Below are positions 26,098-33,993 of a DNA stretch of 34,094 nt, in pieces. The notes beneath the pieces were generated by a model, which had not been told where the DNA came from, did no database searches, and was given only the letters and a program-made list of their open reading frames with translations. Made by a program: the position numbers and the translations under genes. Origin of the DNA: Deltaproteobacteria bacterium (GTDB lineage: Bacteria; Desulfobacterota; Binatia; Bin18); contig JABFSC010000032.1 in NCBI GenBank assembly GCA_013140885.1, positions 1-34,094 on the forward strand, written 5' to 3'. Every line of letters begins with the position of its first letter. The stretch's first letter is position 1.

Positions 26098-26931
26098 ATG
26101 AAGACCGACAGCCTTTTCTACCGCCTGTTTCGGAACCATCCTGGGTTAGCGTTGGACTTGCTGGGCTTGAACTATAGCCCGGACAGTTACCGCTTTGGGG
26201 CCGAAGACATTAAACAAACCTCCTTCCGCCTTGATGGTGTGTTCACGCCATTGAGCAGCGATGCGGAGCAGCCCTATATTTTCGCGGAAATCCAGTACCA
26301 GCCGGACCCGGATTTCTATGATCGCTTGTTTAGTGAGATCGCGCTGTATCTGCGGATCAACAAGCCGACTCACCCCTGGATGGCTTTGGTCATTTATCCG
26401 ACGCGCGGGACGGAACGCCCGGCCAACATCGGTTTTCGCCCGTTTCTGACGTTGCCACAGTTACAGCGGGTGTATCTGGAAGATTTTCCCAACCGCGAGC
26501 ACCCGACGCCCAGGTTGGGTTTGCTGTCCTTGATCGCCAGCGACCCGCGCCAGACGCTCGTCTTGGCGCGCGACTGGCTACGCCAGCATGGCGACACAAG
26601 CACGGACACCTTGGATTTCATTGAGACCATTTTAGTGTACAAATTACCGCGCTTGAGCCGAGAGGAGATCAGACTCATGTTAGGGTTAGAAGACACGCAA
26701 TTGAAACAGACTCGGTTTTATCAGGAAGCGAAGGAAGAAGGCGTGCAGCAAGGCGTGCAGCAAGGCGAGAAACTGATTTTGCAACGCCTGCTCGTGCGCC
26801 GGTTTGGGGAGCTGCCTTCCTCCGTGCAGCAGCGATTGCAGCAGGCGAGCCCCGAACAAGTGGAGCAGTGGGCCGACCGTTTTGTCGAGGCCAGCTCTTT
26901 GGAAGCGATCTTCGCGAATGGCGACAAGTAG
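26098..26931 (+). CDS. Rpn-family / DUF2887-type PD-(D/E)XK nuclease (putative transposase-like) with C-terminal DUF4351-like domain
   Basis: N-terminus MKTDSLFYRLFRNHPGLALDLLGL...FRLDGVFTP...PYIFAEIQYQPDPDFYDRLFSEIALYL...WMALVIYP matches the DUF2887/Rpn pattern, with D...E.Q as the nuclease core. The C-terminus GEKLILQRLLVRRFGELPSSVQQRLQQASPEQVEQWADRFVEASSLEAIF matches the DUF4351 pattern. Confidence 0.8.
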   Translation: MKTDSLFYRLFRNHPGLALDLLGLNYSPDSYRFGAEDIKQTSFRLDGVFTPLSSDAEQPYIFAEIQYQPDPDFYDRLFSEIALYLRINKPTHPWMALVIYPTRGTERPANIGFRPFLTLPQLQRVYLEDFPNREHPTPRLGLLSLIASDPRQTLVLARDWLRQHGDTSTDTLDFIETILVYKLPRLSREEIRLMLGLEDTQLKQTRFYQEAKEEGVQQGVQQGEKLILQRLLVRRFGELPSSVQQRLQQASPEQVEQWADRFVEASSLEAIFANGDK

Positions 26932-26992
26932 CTTCCCGGCTTCGTGCGCGTGCTGCTCAGGCAAAAGGCAAAAATAGAAAGTGGAGACGGAA

Positions 26993-27033
26993 ATCCGCAA
27001 TCTCCGATCCGCAATCTCCAATCCGCAATCGCA
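26993..27033. repeat. Repeat family D: 14-nt tandem repeat x3 (atccgcaatctcc-n)
   Basis: atccgcaatctcc g atccgcaatctcc a atccgcaatcgc, located immediately upstream of the SpeD-like start. The 26981 track ORF reads through it (RNLRSAISNPQS), which I treat as an artefact. Confidence 0.9.
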
Positions 27034-27052
27034 AGGGGTGGGAGAAGAATGG

Positions 27053-27409
27053 GTGATTGAGGCGCTGGGCTGCTCAGCCGCGCGGCTGAGCGATCCGCCG
27101 ACGCTGCACGAGGTCTGCGCTCATATCATCGCCGACCTCAACCTCACCGTGGTCGGAGCCGCGCACTGGCACCAGTTCCCGCCTCCAGGAGGGGTTACCG
27201 GCCTCTTCCTGTTGACGGAATCGCACCTCGCCTGTCATACCTATCCCGAAATGGGAATCGCGACGTTCAATCTCTACTGCTGCCATCCACGCGCGGTCTG
27301 GCCGTGGGAAGAGCGCTTGTCCGCGGCGCTCGGAGCAACGCGGGTCATTGTGCGCGTGATCTCTCGCGGCGCGGACAATACTCTCACGATATGTCAGAAC
27401 AGAAAGTGA
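27053..27409 (+). CDS. S-adenosylmethionine decarboxylase-like pyruvoyl proenzyme (small SpeD-type)
   Basis: LFLLTESHLACHTYPE is the class 1 AdoMetDC self-processing/active-site motif (E-S cleavage, H..PE). Start inferred at GTG 27053, with GGAGA at 27041-27045 7 nt upstream. Alternatives are GTG 27038 and ATG 26981. Confidence 0.8.
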   Translation: MIEALGCSAARLSDPPTLHEVCAHIIADLNLTVVGAAHWHQFPPPGGVTGLFLLTESHLACHTYPEMGIATFNLYCCHPRAVWPWEERLSAALGATRVIVRVISRGADNTLTICQNRK

Positions 27410-27416
27410 ATATCTG

Positions 27417-29342
27417 GTGAGTTCCGTTCAAGTCTCTTGCCCATCCTGCGGGGCGGCGGTCACCTTCACCATCAGCTCCGCGCTGGTCGTGGTCTGCGAA
27501 TTTTGCCGTTCCGTGGTGGGGCGTGGCGACCGTCAGCCCGAAGACTATGGCAAAATCGCGGTCCTGGTTGGCACGGCTTCACCCCTCCGGGTGGGACTCA
27601 CCGGCAGCTACAAAAGCCAGCCGTTCACCCTCACGGGCCGCGCGCAATTCGCTCATCAAGCCGGTGGCGTCTGGGATGAATGGTACGCCGCGTTTCCCAA
27701 TGATCGCTGGGGCTGGCTCGCCGAAGCCCAAGGTCGTTTCTATCTCACCTTTCAACGTGACCTCCTTTCGCGGGAGTCGCTCATACCGGCGGATGACCTC
27801 GTGCTGGGTGAGTGGGTGCCCGACATGCCGTCCTTGTCCCTCTACCGGGTCGCCGAGAAAGGCGTTGCGCAAACCGCGAGCGCCGAAGGGGAGATTCCCT
27901 ACACACTGATTCCCGGAGAAACGCATGTGTACGCGGACCTCTCCGGGCCACACGGCGCCTTCGCCACGCTCGACTACAATCAGGAGCCACCCCTGTTGTT
28001 TCTCGGGCATGAAGTGACGTTGACCGAGTTGGGCTGGGCGCACCTCGGTCAGGGGACCGCGTCCACGCCGAAACAGGCCACCGCTGTTCAGCTCGCATGT
28101 CCACACTGCGGCGGCCCCTTAGCCCTGCGGGCTCCCGACAAGACCGAGCGCGTCACCTGTCCCAACTGCGGCTCACTCCTTGATGTGAATCATGGACAAC
28201 TCAAATATCTGACCACCCTGACCCTCAAGGTTACGCCACTCATTCCGCTTGGTGCGGTCGGTACCTTCAATGGTCAGCAATTCACCACCATTGGGTTTCT
28301 ACGCCGTAGCGTGACGTTTGACGGCCTTCCGTATCACTGGGACGAATATCTGTTGTATCAACCGCTGCTAGGGTTCCGCTGGCTCGTGCACAGCGACCAC
28401 CATTGGAACTTCGTCGAGCCGGTACCGGTCGGCATGGTGGAGAGCGCGGAGCGCACGGCCCAATTTCGTCAACGGACATTCAAGCTCTATCAAGATGCCA
28501 GCGCCCGCGTCGAACATGTGCTGGGCGAATGCTACTGGAAAGTGGAAGTGGGAGAAACGGTTCAGACCGCCGATTATGTCCACCCGCCGCTCATGCTGTC
28601 GAAAGAGCAGAACGAAAGTGAGATCAACTGGTCATTGGGGACATACATGCCTCCAGCCGAGGTCGCGCGTATCTTCGCGCTCACGGACATCCCCCAACCT
28701 CAAAAGGTCGCGCCGAACCAGCCGTACCCGCACTCTCAGCTCTTTGCGTATTGGGGATGGCTCCTGCTCGCGGGGTTGGCGCTGGGGCTCCTGTTGTTCA
28801 TCAGCGCGTCATCACGACGAGTGATGAACCAGATCTATCAACTCGAGCCCGCCAAAATCGCCGAAGACTCGGCCGTCTACTTCAGTGAACCCTTCGCGGT
28901 ACGCGCGCGTGAGAACATCCGCATCACCGCCGACGCGCCCATCGCGAACACTTGGGTGGAAATCGACGGCGACATCATCAATCAGGCCACGGACGAGAGC
29001 GTGGGCTTCACGCTGCCGATTGAGTATTACCACGGGGTTGAGGACGGCGAGCGCTGGTCGGAAGGTGGGCAGCGCGGCAGTACCTATCTCTCCGCGCTCC
29101 CGGCGGGCACCTACGTGCTGGGGCTCGACATCCATCGTGAACATTGGCAGCAACCCCTGACGCTGTCGGTCACGGTCGAACAGGGCGTGCCCCGCTTCCT
29201 ACATTTCGTGGGAACACTTTTCCTGCTCTCCCTGATCCCGCTCCTTATGGCCTTTCATTACGCGAGTTTCAATCAAAAACGCTGGGAAGACAGCGAGTAC
29301 AGCCCTTTCAACAGTGCCGAGTCGGATGACTCGGACGACTAA
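27417..29342 (+). CDS. Membrane protein with two [zinc-ribbon + DUF4178-like] modules and two TM helices
   Basis: Zinc ribbon 1 is CPSCG..x16..CEFC. DUF4178-like module 1 is GSYKSQPFTLTGRAQF...GVWDEWYAAFPNDRWGWLAEAQGRFYL. Zinc ribbon 2 is CPHCG..x17..CPNCG. Module 2 is GTFNGQQFTTIGFLRRSV...YHWDEYLLYQPLLGFRWLVHSDHHW. TM1 is YWGWLLLAGLALGLLLFISA, followed by ~150 aa, then TM2 FLHFVGTLFLLSLIPLLMAF and the acidic tail SAESDDSDD. GTG start lies 7 nt after the SpeD-like stop. The DUF4178 assignment is from memory of the family pattern. Confidence 0.7.
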   Translation: MSSVQVSCPSCGAAVTFTISSALVVVCEFCRSVVGRGDRQPEDYGKIAVLVGTASPLRVGLTGSYKSQPFTLTGRAQFAHQAGGVWDEWYAAFPNDRWGWLAEAQGRFYLTFQRDLLSRESLIPADDLVLGEWVPDMPSLSLYRVAEKGVAQTASAEGEIPYTLIPGETHVYADLSGPHGAFATLDYNQEPPLLFLGHEVTLTELGWAHLGQGTASTPKQATAVQLACPHCGGPLALRAPDKTERVTCPNCGSLLDVNHGQLKYLTTLTLKVTPLIPLGAVGTFNGQQFTTIGFLRRSVTFDGLPYHWDEYLLYQPLLGFRWLVHSDHHWNFVEPVPVGMVESAERTAQFRQRTFKLYQDASARVEHVLGECYWKVEVGETVQTADYVHPPLMLSKEQNESEINWSLGTYMPPAEVARIFALTDIPQPQKVAPNQPYPHSQLFAYWGWLLLAGLALGLLLFISASSRRVMNQIYQLEPAKIAEDSAVYFSEPFAVRARENIRITADAPIANTWVEIDGDIINQATDESVGFTLPIEYYHGVEDGERWSEGGQRGSTYLSALPAGTYVLGLDIHREHWQQPLTLSVTVEQGVPRFLHFVGTLFLLSLIPLLMAFHYASFNQKRWEDSEYSPFNSAESDDSDD

Positions 29343-29361
29343 CCACACATAAGGATACCCT

Positions 29362-29544
29362 GTGTTCAGTCGCTTCTATCTTATCTCTGGCATCACCATG
29401 TTGCTCTATTACGGATGGGTCGCGTGGACCGGCACGGAGTTTGGCAGCCCCGCGCGCGAGAGAATTCCCGCCGACGCCCGACAGTCGCCCGGCGGCTACC
29501 GTTCGTTTCACTCAGGCTATTCCGGCTACCGAGGAGGAAAGTAA
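29362..29544 (+). CDS. Small single-TM protein with Gly/Tyr/Arg-rich tail (hypothetical)
   Basis: GTG start with AAGGA 6 nt upstream. TM is FYLISGITMLLYYGWVAW and the tail is SPGGYRSFHSGYSGYRGGK. The stop TAA overlaps the next ATG (TAATG, 29542-29546). Confidence 0.45.
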   Translation: MFSRFYLISGITMLLYYGWVAWTGTEFGSPARERIPADARQSPGGYRSFHSGYSGYRGGK

Positions 29545-29759
29545 TGGTCACGCATCTGTTCGAACAACTGGCGTCTAGCCTGGTCTTTTCACTACTCGGG
29601 CTCGCCTTCTTCGCCTTGGCCTTCTGGCTCATCGTCAACCTCGCGCCGTTCTCGGTCCGCAAAGAGCTGGAAGAGGACCAGAACGTCGCGCTCAGCATCG
29701 TCATTGCCTCGGTCATCATCGGCATGGCGATCATCATTGCCGCCGCGATTCATGGTTAA
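29544..29759 (+). CDS. DUF350 (YjfL-like) small membrane protein
   Basis: 71 aa with two TM helices ([23 protein letters not shown] and [23 protein letters not shown]) separated by [15 protein letters not shown], matching the DUF350 pattern (..P.d...EI..gN.A.al...G..ia.a.I...). GAGGAGGA at 29531-29538. The track ORF 29415 is an extension. Confidence 0.7.
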   Translation: MVTHLFEQLASSLVFSLLGLAFFALAFWLIVNLAPFSVRKELEEDQNVALSIVIASVIIGMAIIIAAAIHG

Positions 29760-31290
29760 CCTCACGTCTCCGCCCGCGTCCTCCGCTGGGGTGCGGGCCC
29801 CGCTGTTGTTTCTCAATGTCTTGATTATCGCCACGTGCGGGCTCATCTACGAGTTGCTCGCCGGGACGCTCGCGAGTTACGTGCTGGGGGATAGCGTCAC
29901 CCAATTCTCGCTGATTATCGGCATCTATCTCTTTGCGTTGGGGGCTGGAGCCTGGCTATCGCAATTCATCGAGTCCGGCCTCGCACGGCGGTTCATCGAA
30001 ATCGAGTTGGGCGTCGCGCTGCTGGGGGGCGCGTCGGCCCCGCTGCTGTTCCTGAGTTTCGCGCGCCTCAATTATTTTTCCGTCGTGTTGTATGGCATCG
30101 TGTTCATCATCGGCGTGCTGGTGGGGCTCGAGCTCCCGCTGCTCATGCGCATCCTCAAGGATCAACTCGCCTTCAAGGACTTGGTGTCACGGGTGCTGAC
30201 GTTCGACTATATCGGGTCGTTGGTCGCCGCGCTGTTGTTTCCGCTCTTCTTCGTGCCCCGACTCGGGCTCGTGCGCACCTCGCTTATTTTTGGACTGTTC
30301 AACGCAGGGGTCGGACTCTGGGCGACGTGGTTCTTGCAGCCGATGCTCAAAGGCAGCGTCTTCCTGCTCCGCGTGCGCGCGGTGGTCGTGATGGCCCTCT
30401 TAGTGATGGGCATTCTCAACGCCGACCTGCTCACGTCATTGGCGGAAGACGACCTGTTCACCGATCCGATCGTCTACGCGCGCACGACGTCGTACCAACG
30501 CATCGTCGTCACCAACAACAAGGCGGGGTTCCAACTCTTCCTCAATGGTCACTTACAGTTCAGCTCGACGGATGAGTATCGCTATCACGAGACCTTGGTG
30601 CATCCGGCGATGGTCCTGGCCAACGCGCCACGCCGCGTGTTGATTCTGGGAGGAGGTGATGGCCTCGCGCTGCGTGAGGTGCTGCGCCACCCGTCGGTGG
30701 AACAGGTGACCCTCGTCGATCTTGATCCTGGCATGACGCAATTGGCGCATGCGTTTCCCCCGCTGGCCGCGTTGAATCACCAGAGTTTTTCCGACCCGCG
30801 CGTGCACGTGGTGAACCAAGACGCGATGATCTGGCTCGAAGAGACCAGCGAGGTGTTTGACGTGGCGATGATCGATTTCCCCGACCCACACTCATTCGGG
30901 GTTGGCAAACTCTACACCACTCGGTTTTATCGACTGCTCAAGCAACGGCTGACGCCCGAGGGGGTGTTCAGCGTACAGTGCACCTCGCCATTATTCGCGC
31001 GCACGGCGTACTGGTGCATCGTGCGTACCATTGAGGCGGCGGGGTTCACGGTGAAACCGTATCAGGTGGCGGTGCCATCCTTCGGGGTGTGGGGGTTCGC
31101 GTTGGCGCGGCTCACGCCATTTGACCCACCTCAGCGCGCGCCTGACGGGCTCCGGTTTCTCAACAACCACACGATGGCGACCTTATTTCACTTCCCGGTC
31201 GATATGGGGCCGGTGCCGGTGGAGGTGAACCGCTTGGACAACCAAGTGCTCGTACGCTACTACGAGTCGGAGTGGAAGCGGTACGAATGA
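29752..31290 (+). CDS. Polyamine aminopropyltransferase (spermidine-synthase-like) fused to an N-terminal multi-TM domain
   Basis: The N-terminal ~230 aa contain about 7 hydrophobic helices. The C-terminal catalytic domain has [41 protein letters not shown] and [21 protein letters not shown], i.e. the SpeE dcSAM-binding and catalytic Asp motifs. The ATG at 29752 overlaps the DUF350 gene by 8 nt. Confidence 0.9.
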   Translation: MVNLTSPPASSAGVRAPLLFLNVLIIATCGLIYELLAGTLASYVLGDSVTQFSLIIGIYLFALGAGAWLSQFIESGLARRFIEIELGVALLGGASAPLLFLSFARLNYFSVVLYGIVFIIGVLVGLELPLLMRILKDQLAFKDLVSRVLTFDYIGSLVAALLFPLFFVPRLGLVRTSLIFGLFNAGVGLWATWFLQPMLKGSVFLLRVRAVVVMALLVMGILNADLLTSLAEDDLFTDPIVYARTTSYQRIVVTNNKAGFQLFLNGHLQFSSTDEYRYHETLVHPAMVLANAPRRVLILGGGDGLALREVLRHPSVEQVTLVDLDPGMTQLAHAFPPLAALNHQSFSDPRVHVVNQDAMIWLEETSEVFDVAMIDFPDPHSFGVGKLYTTRFYRLLKQRLTPEGVFSVQCTSPLFARTAYWCIVRTIEAAGFTVKPYQVAVPSFGVWGFALARLTPFDPPQRAPDGLRFLNNHTMATLFHFPVDMGPVPVEVNRLDNQVLVRYYESEWKRYE

Positions 31291-31310
31291 CGGAAAGCGG
31301 AAGATAAAAG

Positions 31311-31395
31311 GAATCGGAGAAACGGAGAATCGGAGACAAGACTTTCCGACTCTTAGACTCCCAGACTCCCGGACGCTTAGACTCCCAGACTGTCC
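31311..31395. repeat. Repeat family E: short direct and inverted simple repeats between the SpeE-like and oxidase genes
   Basis: gaatcggaga aac ggagaatcggaga (31311-31337), then cttagactcccagactcc (31352-31369) and cttagactcccagactgt (31376-31393). The two halves are partly complementary: ggagaatcggagac versus the reverse complement ggagtctgggagtc. Confidence 0.75.
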
Positions 31396-31400
31396 CCAAT

Positions 31401-33050
31401 ATGCCCATCCGTCCTCACTTCACCCGTCGTGAAATACTCACCGCCTTTCTTGGTCTCCCGGCGGCACTCGCCGCATGCCGGAGCCACCCCGCTACGCCCA
31501 CTTTCAGCGGATCAATCGTTGGCATGTCCGACACCATAGGCCATCGCATTCGCGATGGCCTGCGCGTACAACCCACGGCGGACCAGTGGCGGCGAGTCCG
31601 CGTCGTGATTGTTGGCGCGGGGATCGCTGGCCTGACCGCCGCGTGGCAATTGCAAAAAGCGGGGTGTGACGATTTCGTGGTCCTCGAACTTGAACGCGAC
31701 CCCGGTGGCACGGCCCGTAGCGGAGTATCCACGGTGGGCTCCTACCCATGGGGGGCGCATTATCTTCCTGTCCCACATCAAGAAAACACCGAGTTGGTGG
31801 CGTTTCTTGAGGAGATGGGTGTGGTCGAAGGTCGGGCGAGCGACGGAGAACCGGTGGTTGCCGAGCAATACCTGTGTCGCGATCCGCAAGAGCGAGTCTT
31901 TTATCGTGGTCGCTGGTACGAAGGGTTGTATTTGTACGCCGGCGCCAGTACCGACGACCTCGCGCAACTTCATGCTTTTGACGCGGAGGTCAATCGCTGG
32001 GTGGCCTGGCGCGACACCCGTGGGCGTCGCGCTTTTGCTCTCCCCCTCGCGACTTGTTCGGATGATGCCGAGGTCACCGCCCTCGATACCATCACCATGA
32101 GTGAGTGGCTCAACCGCCACGGCTGGCACTCGCCACGCCTACGCTGGTTCATCAATTATGCCTGTCGTGATGACTATGGGCTGACACTTGAACAGACGAG
32201 TGCGTGGGCGGGGCTGTTGTACTTCGCGTCGCGGATTCGCCATCCGGGCGATACCGCTCAGCCGTTTATCACCTGGCCGGAAGGAAACGGACGCTTTGTC
32301 GCGTATCTCCACGACAAGATGCGCGCCCAAGTGCGGTTGGGCTTGGCCGCGGTGGACATCATTCCTGATACGAACGATCCGCCCCAACAGGTTGACGTGA
32401 TCGCGATGGACTCAGCGACACAGACCGCGGTCGGGTTTCATGCCGAGGCGGTCATCTTCGCCGCGCCTCAGTTTTTCGCGCGACACCTGATCCAACCCTA
32501 TCGTGAGCATCCGCCGTCACATCTCGGCGCGTTTGAGTACGGGTCCTGGCTGGTGGCGAATCTCTTTTTACGCGACCGCCCGGCGAACCGTGGTTTTCCT
32601 TTGGCGTGGGATAATGTGATCTATGACAGTCCGTCGTTAGGATATGTCGCGAACACGCACCAACGTGGCCTCGATCACGGACCGACGATCCTGACCTACT
32701 ATTACCCACTGTGTGAAGCGGATAGTCGGACGACGCGGAAAAAACTCCTCGGTATGGATTGGGAGAGTTGCGCGGATGTGGTGCTGACGGACCTCCGGCG
32801 GCCTCATCTCGATATGCGCGCGCTTGTCGAGCGTTTGGACATCATGCGGTGGGGTCATGCGATGATTCAGCCACGTCCCGGTTTTATCTGGAGCGCGGCG
32901 CGACACCGGGCATCGGTGCCGTTTCGCCATATCCATTTCGCGCATACCGATTTGAGCGGCGTCGCGCTGTTCGAGGAAGCCTTCGCGCATGGAGTGCGCG
33001 CGGCCCGTGCGGTGCTGGCGGGGAGACCGGAGCTAGGACACGCGGTATAG
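31401..33050 (+). CDS. FAD-dependent amine-oxidase-like oxidoreductase, predicted Tat-exported lipoprotein
   Basis: Dinucleotide fold VVIVGAGIAGLTAAWQLQKAG...VVLELERDPGGTARS. The N-terminus MPIRPHFTRREILTAFLGLPAALAAC has a twin-arginine motif (T-R-R-E-I-L) and a lipobox (L-A-A-C). The C-terminal FAHTDLSGVALFEEAFAHG is typical of flavin amine oxidase ends. Confidence 0.85.
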   Translation: MPIRPHFTRREILTAFLGLPAALAACRSHPATPTFSGSIVGMSDTIGHRIRDGLRVQPTADQWRRVRVVIVGAGIAGLTAAWQLQKAGCDDFVVLELERDPGGTARSGVSTVGSYPWGAHYLPVPHQENTELVAFLEEMGVVEGRASDGEPVVAEQYLCRDPQERVFYRGRWYEGLYLYAGASTDDLAQLHAFDAEVNRWVAWRDTRGRRAFALPLATCSDDAEVTALDTITMSEWLNRHGWHSPRLRWFINYACRDDYGLTLEQTSAWAGLLYFASRIRHPGDTAQPFITWPEGNGRFVAYLHDKMRAQVRLGLAAVDIIPDTNDPPQQVDVIAMDSATQTAVGFHAEAVIFAAPQFFARHLIQPYREHPPSHLGAFEYGSWLVANLFLRDRPANRGFPLAWDNVIYDSPSLGYVANTHQRGLDHGPTILTYYYPLCEADSRTTRKKLLGMDWESCADVVLTDLRRPHLDMRALVERLDIMRWGHAMIQPRPGFIWSAARHRASVPFRHIHFAHTDLSGVALFEEAFAHGVRAARAVLAGRPELGHAV

Positions 33051-33057
33051 CAGATTG

Positions 33058-33099
33058 CCGGAGTAGCTCCGGTCCGAGGGGGCGTTTCGCGCGCCTCTC
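33058..33099. terminator. Two small hairpins in the convergent gap (possible bidirectional terminator)
   Basis: ccggag tag ctccgg (33058-33072) and gagggggcg...cgcctctc (33076-33099, with one bulge). They lie between the + strand stop at 33050 and the - strand stop at 33115. No clear U-tract. Confidence 0.3.
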
Positions 33100-33114
33100 T
33101 CACCCTTCCAAGCC

Positions 33115-33993
33115 TCAAGCTCCAACCGCCAAGCCAATCATCTGTCGTGCTTCCATTGGGCTCGCGGGCTCGCGTCCATTGGCGCGGGCGACTTCGACGG
33201 CCCATTTGACGAAATCCGCGTTACTCGCCGCCAGTGACCCATCGACCAGCGTCGCGCGATCCTCGAAGCCGACACGAATGTGCGCGCCCGTCGTGATGGC
33301 GAGATTGCCGATGGTGAACACACTGTCCTCATATCCGTGCGCGGCCCAAATCGCCCGGGGGAATAGCTCCTTCACGCACTCGGTCATGTAAAAATAACTG
33401 CGTGGCGTCCCAGGCATGATCTGGAACCCATCGCCAAACCGACCGGAGAACTCGACTAACAGATACCGAGGAACGGGCAGCAGCCCGTCTTCAACGAGCG
33501 TGGCGACGTTCGTGAGGAACCCGGTATCTAGTACCGCCGGTTCCGGCACGATGCCTCGTTCACGACAGGCCAGAATGATCTGGCGAATATCCTCGTAGGA
33601 GTTCGGAATCGCGATGCTGCGACGCGAGCCGTTCACCAATGGCGTGTTGAAGACGATGTTGCCAGTGTTGAGCGAAATCATATCCACCGGCTCCGGGGTC
33701 TCGCGCAGGTAGCGAAGAACCTGGTCGATGGTGGCGTCGGGCATGCGCGCGGTCGTGTGGTTGACGACCAGCGAGGTCTGGGCGCGGATGAGGCGATCCG
33801 CTTCGGCGTACCAGGCGGGGTCATAGCTGACCGCGCCTTGCGGGGTGCGCGCATGAATATGGACGATGGACGCCCCGGCATCGAAACAGCGCTTCGCCTC
33901 GGCGGCGATTTCGCTTGGGGTCCACGGCACGTTGGTGTTCTGCTCGCGTCCGCGCGCGCCGTTCAGGCAGGCTTTAATGATGATTTTGTCCAT
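33115..33993 (-). CDS. BKACE-family enzyme (3-keto-5-aminohexanoate cleavage enzyme-like, DUF849)
   Basis: MDKIIIKACLNGARG...NVPWTPSEIAAEAKRCFDAGASIVHIHARTP is the characteristic BKACE N-terminus with the H-x-H zinc ligands. It has TIM-barrel length (292 aa). GGAGA lies 7 nt upstream of the ATG on the minus strand. Confidence 0.9.
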   Translation of the reverse strand: MDKIIIKACLNGARGREQNTNVPWTPSEIAAEAKRCFDAGASIVHIHARTPQGAVSYDPAWYAEADRLIRAQTSLVVNHTTARMPDATIDQVLRYLRETPEPVDMISLNTGNIVFNTPLVNGSRRSIAIPNSYEDIRQIILACRERGIVPEPAVLDTGFLTNVATLVEDGLLPVPRYLLVEFSGRFGDGFQIMPGTPRSYFYMTECVKELFPRAIWAAHGYEDSVFTIGNLAITTGAHIRVGFEDRATLVDGSLAASNADFVKWAVEVARANGREPASPMEARQMIGLAVGA

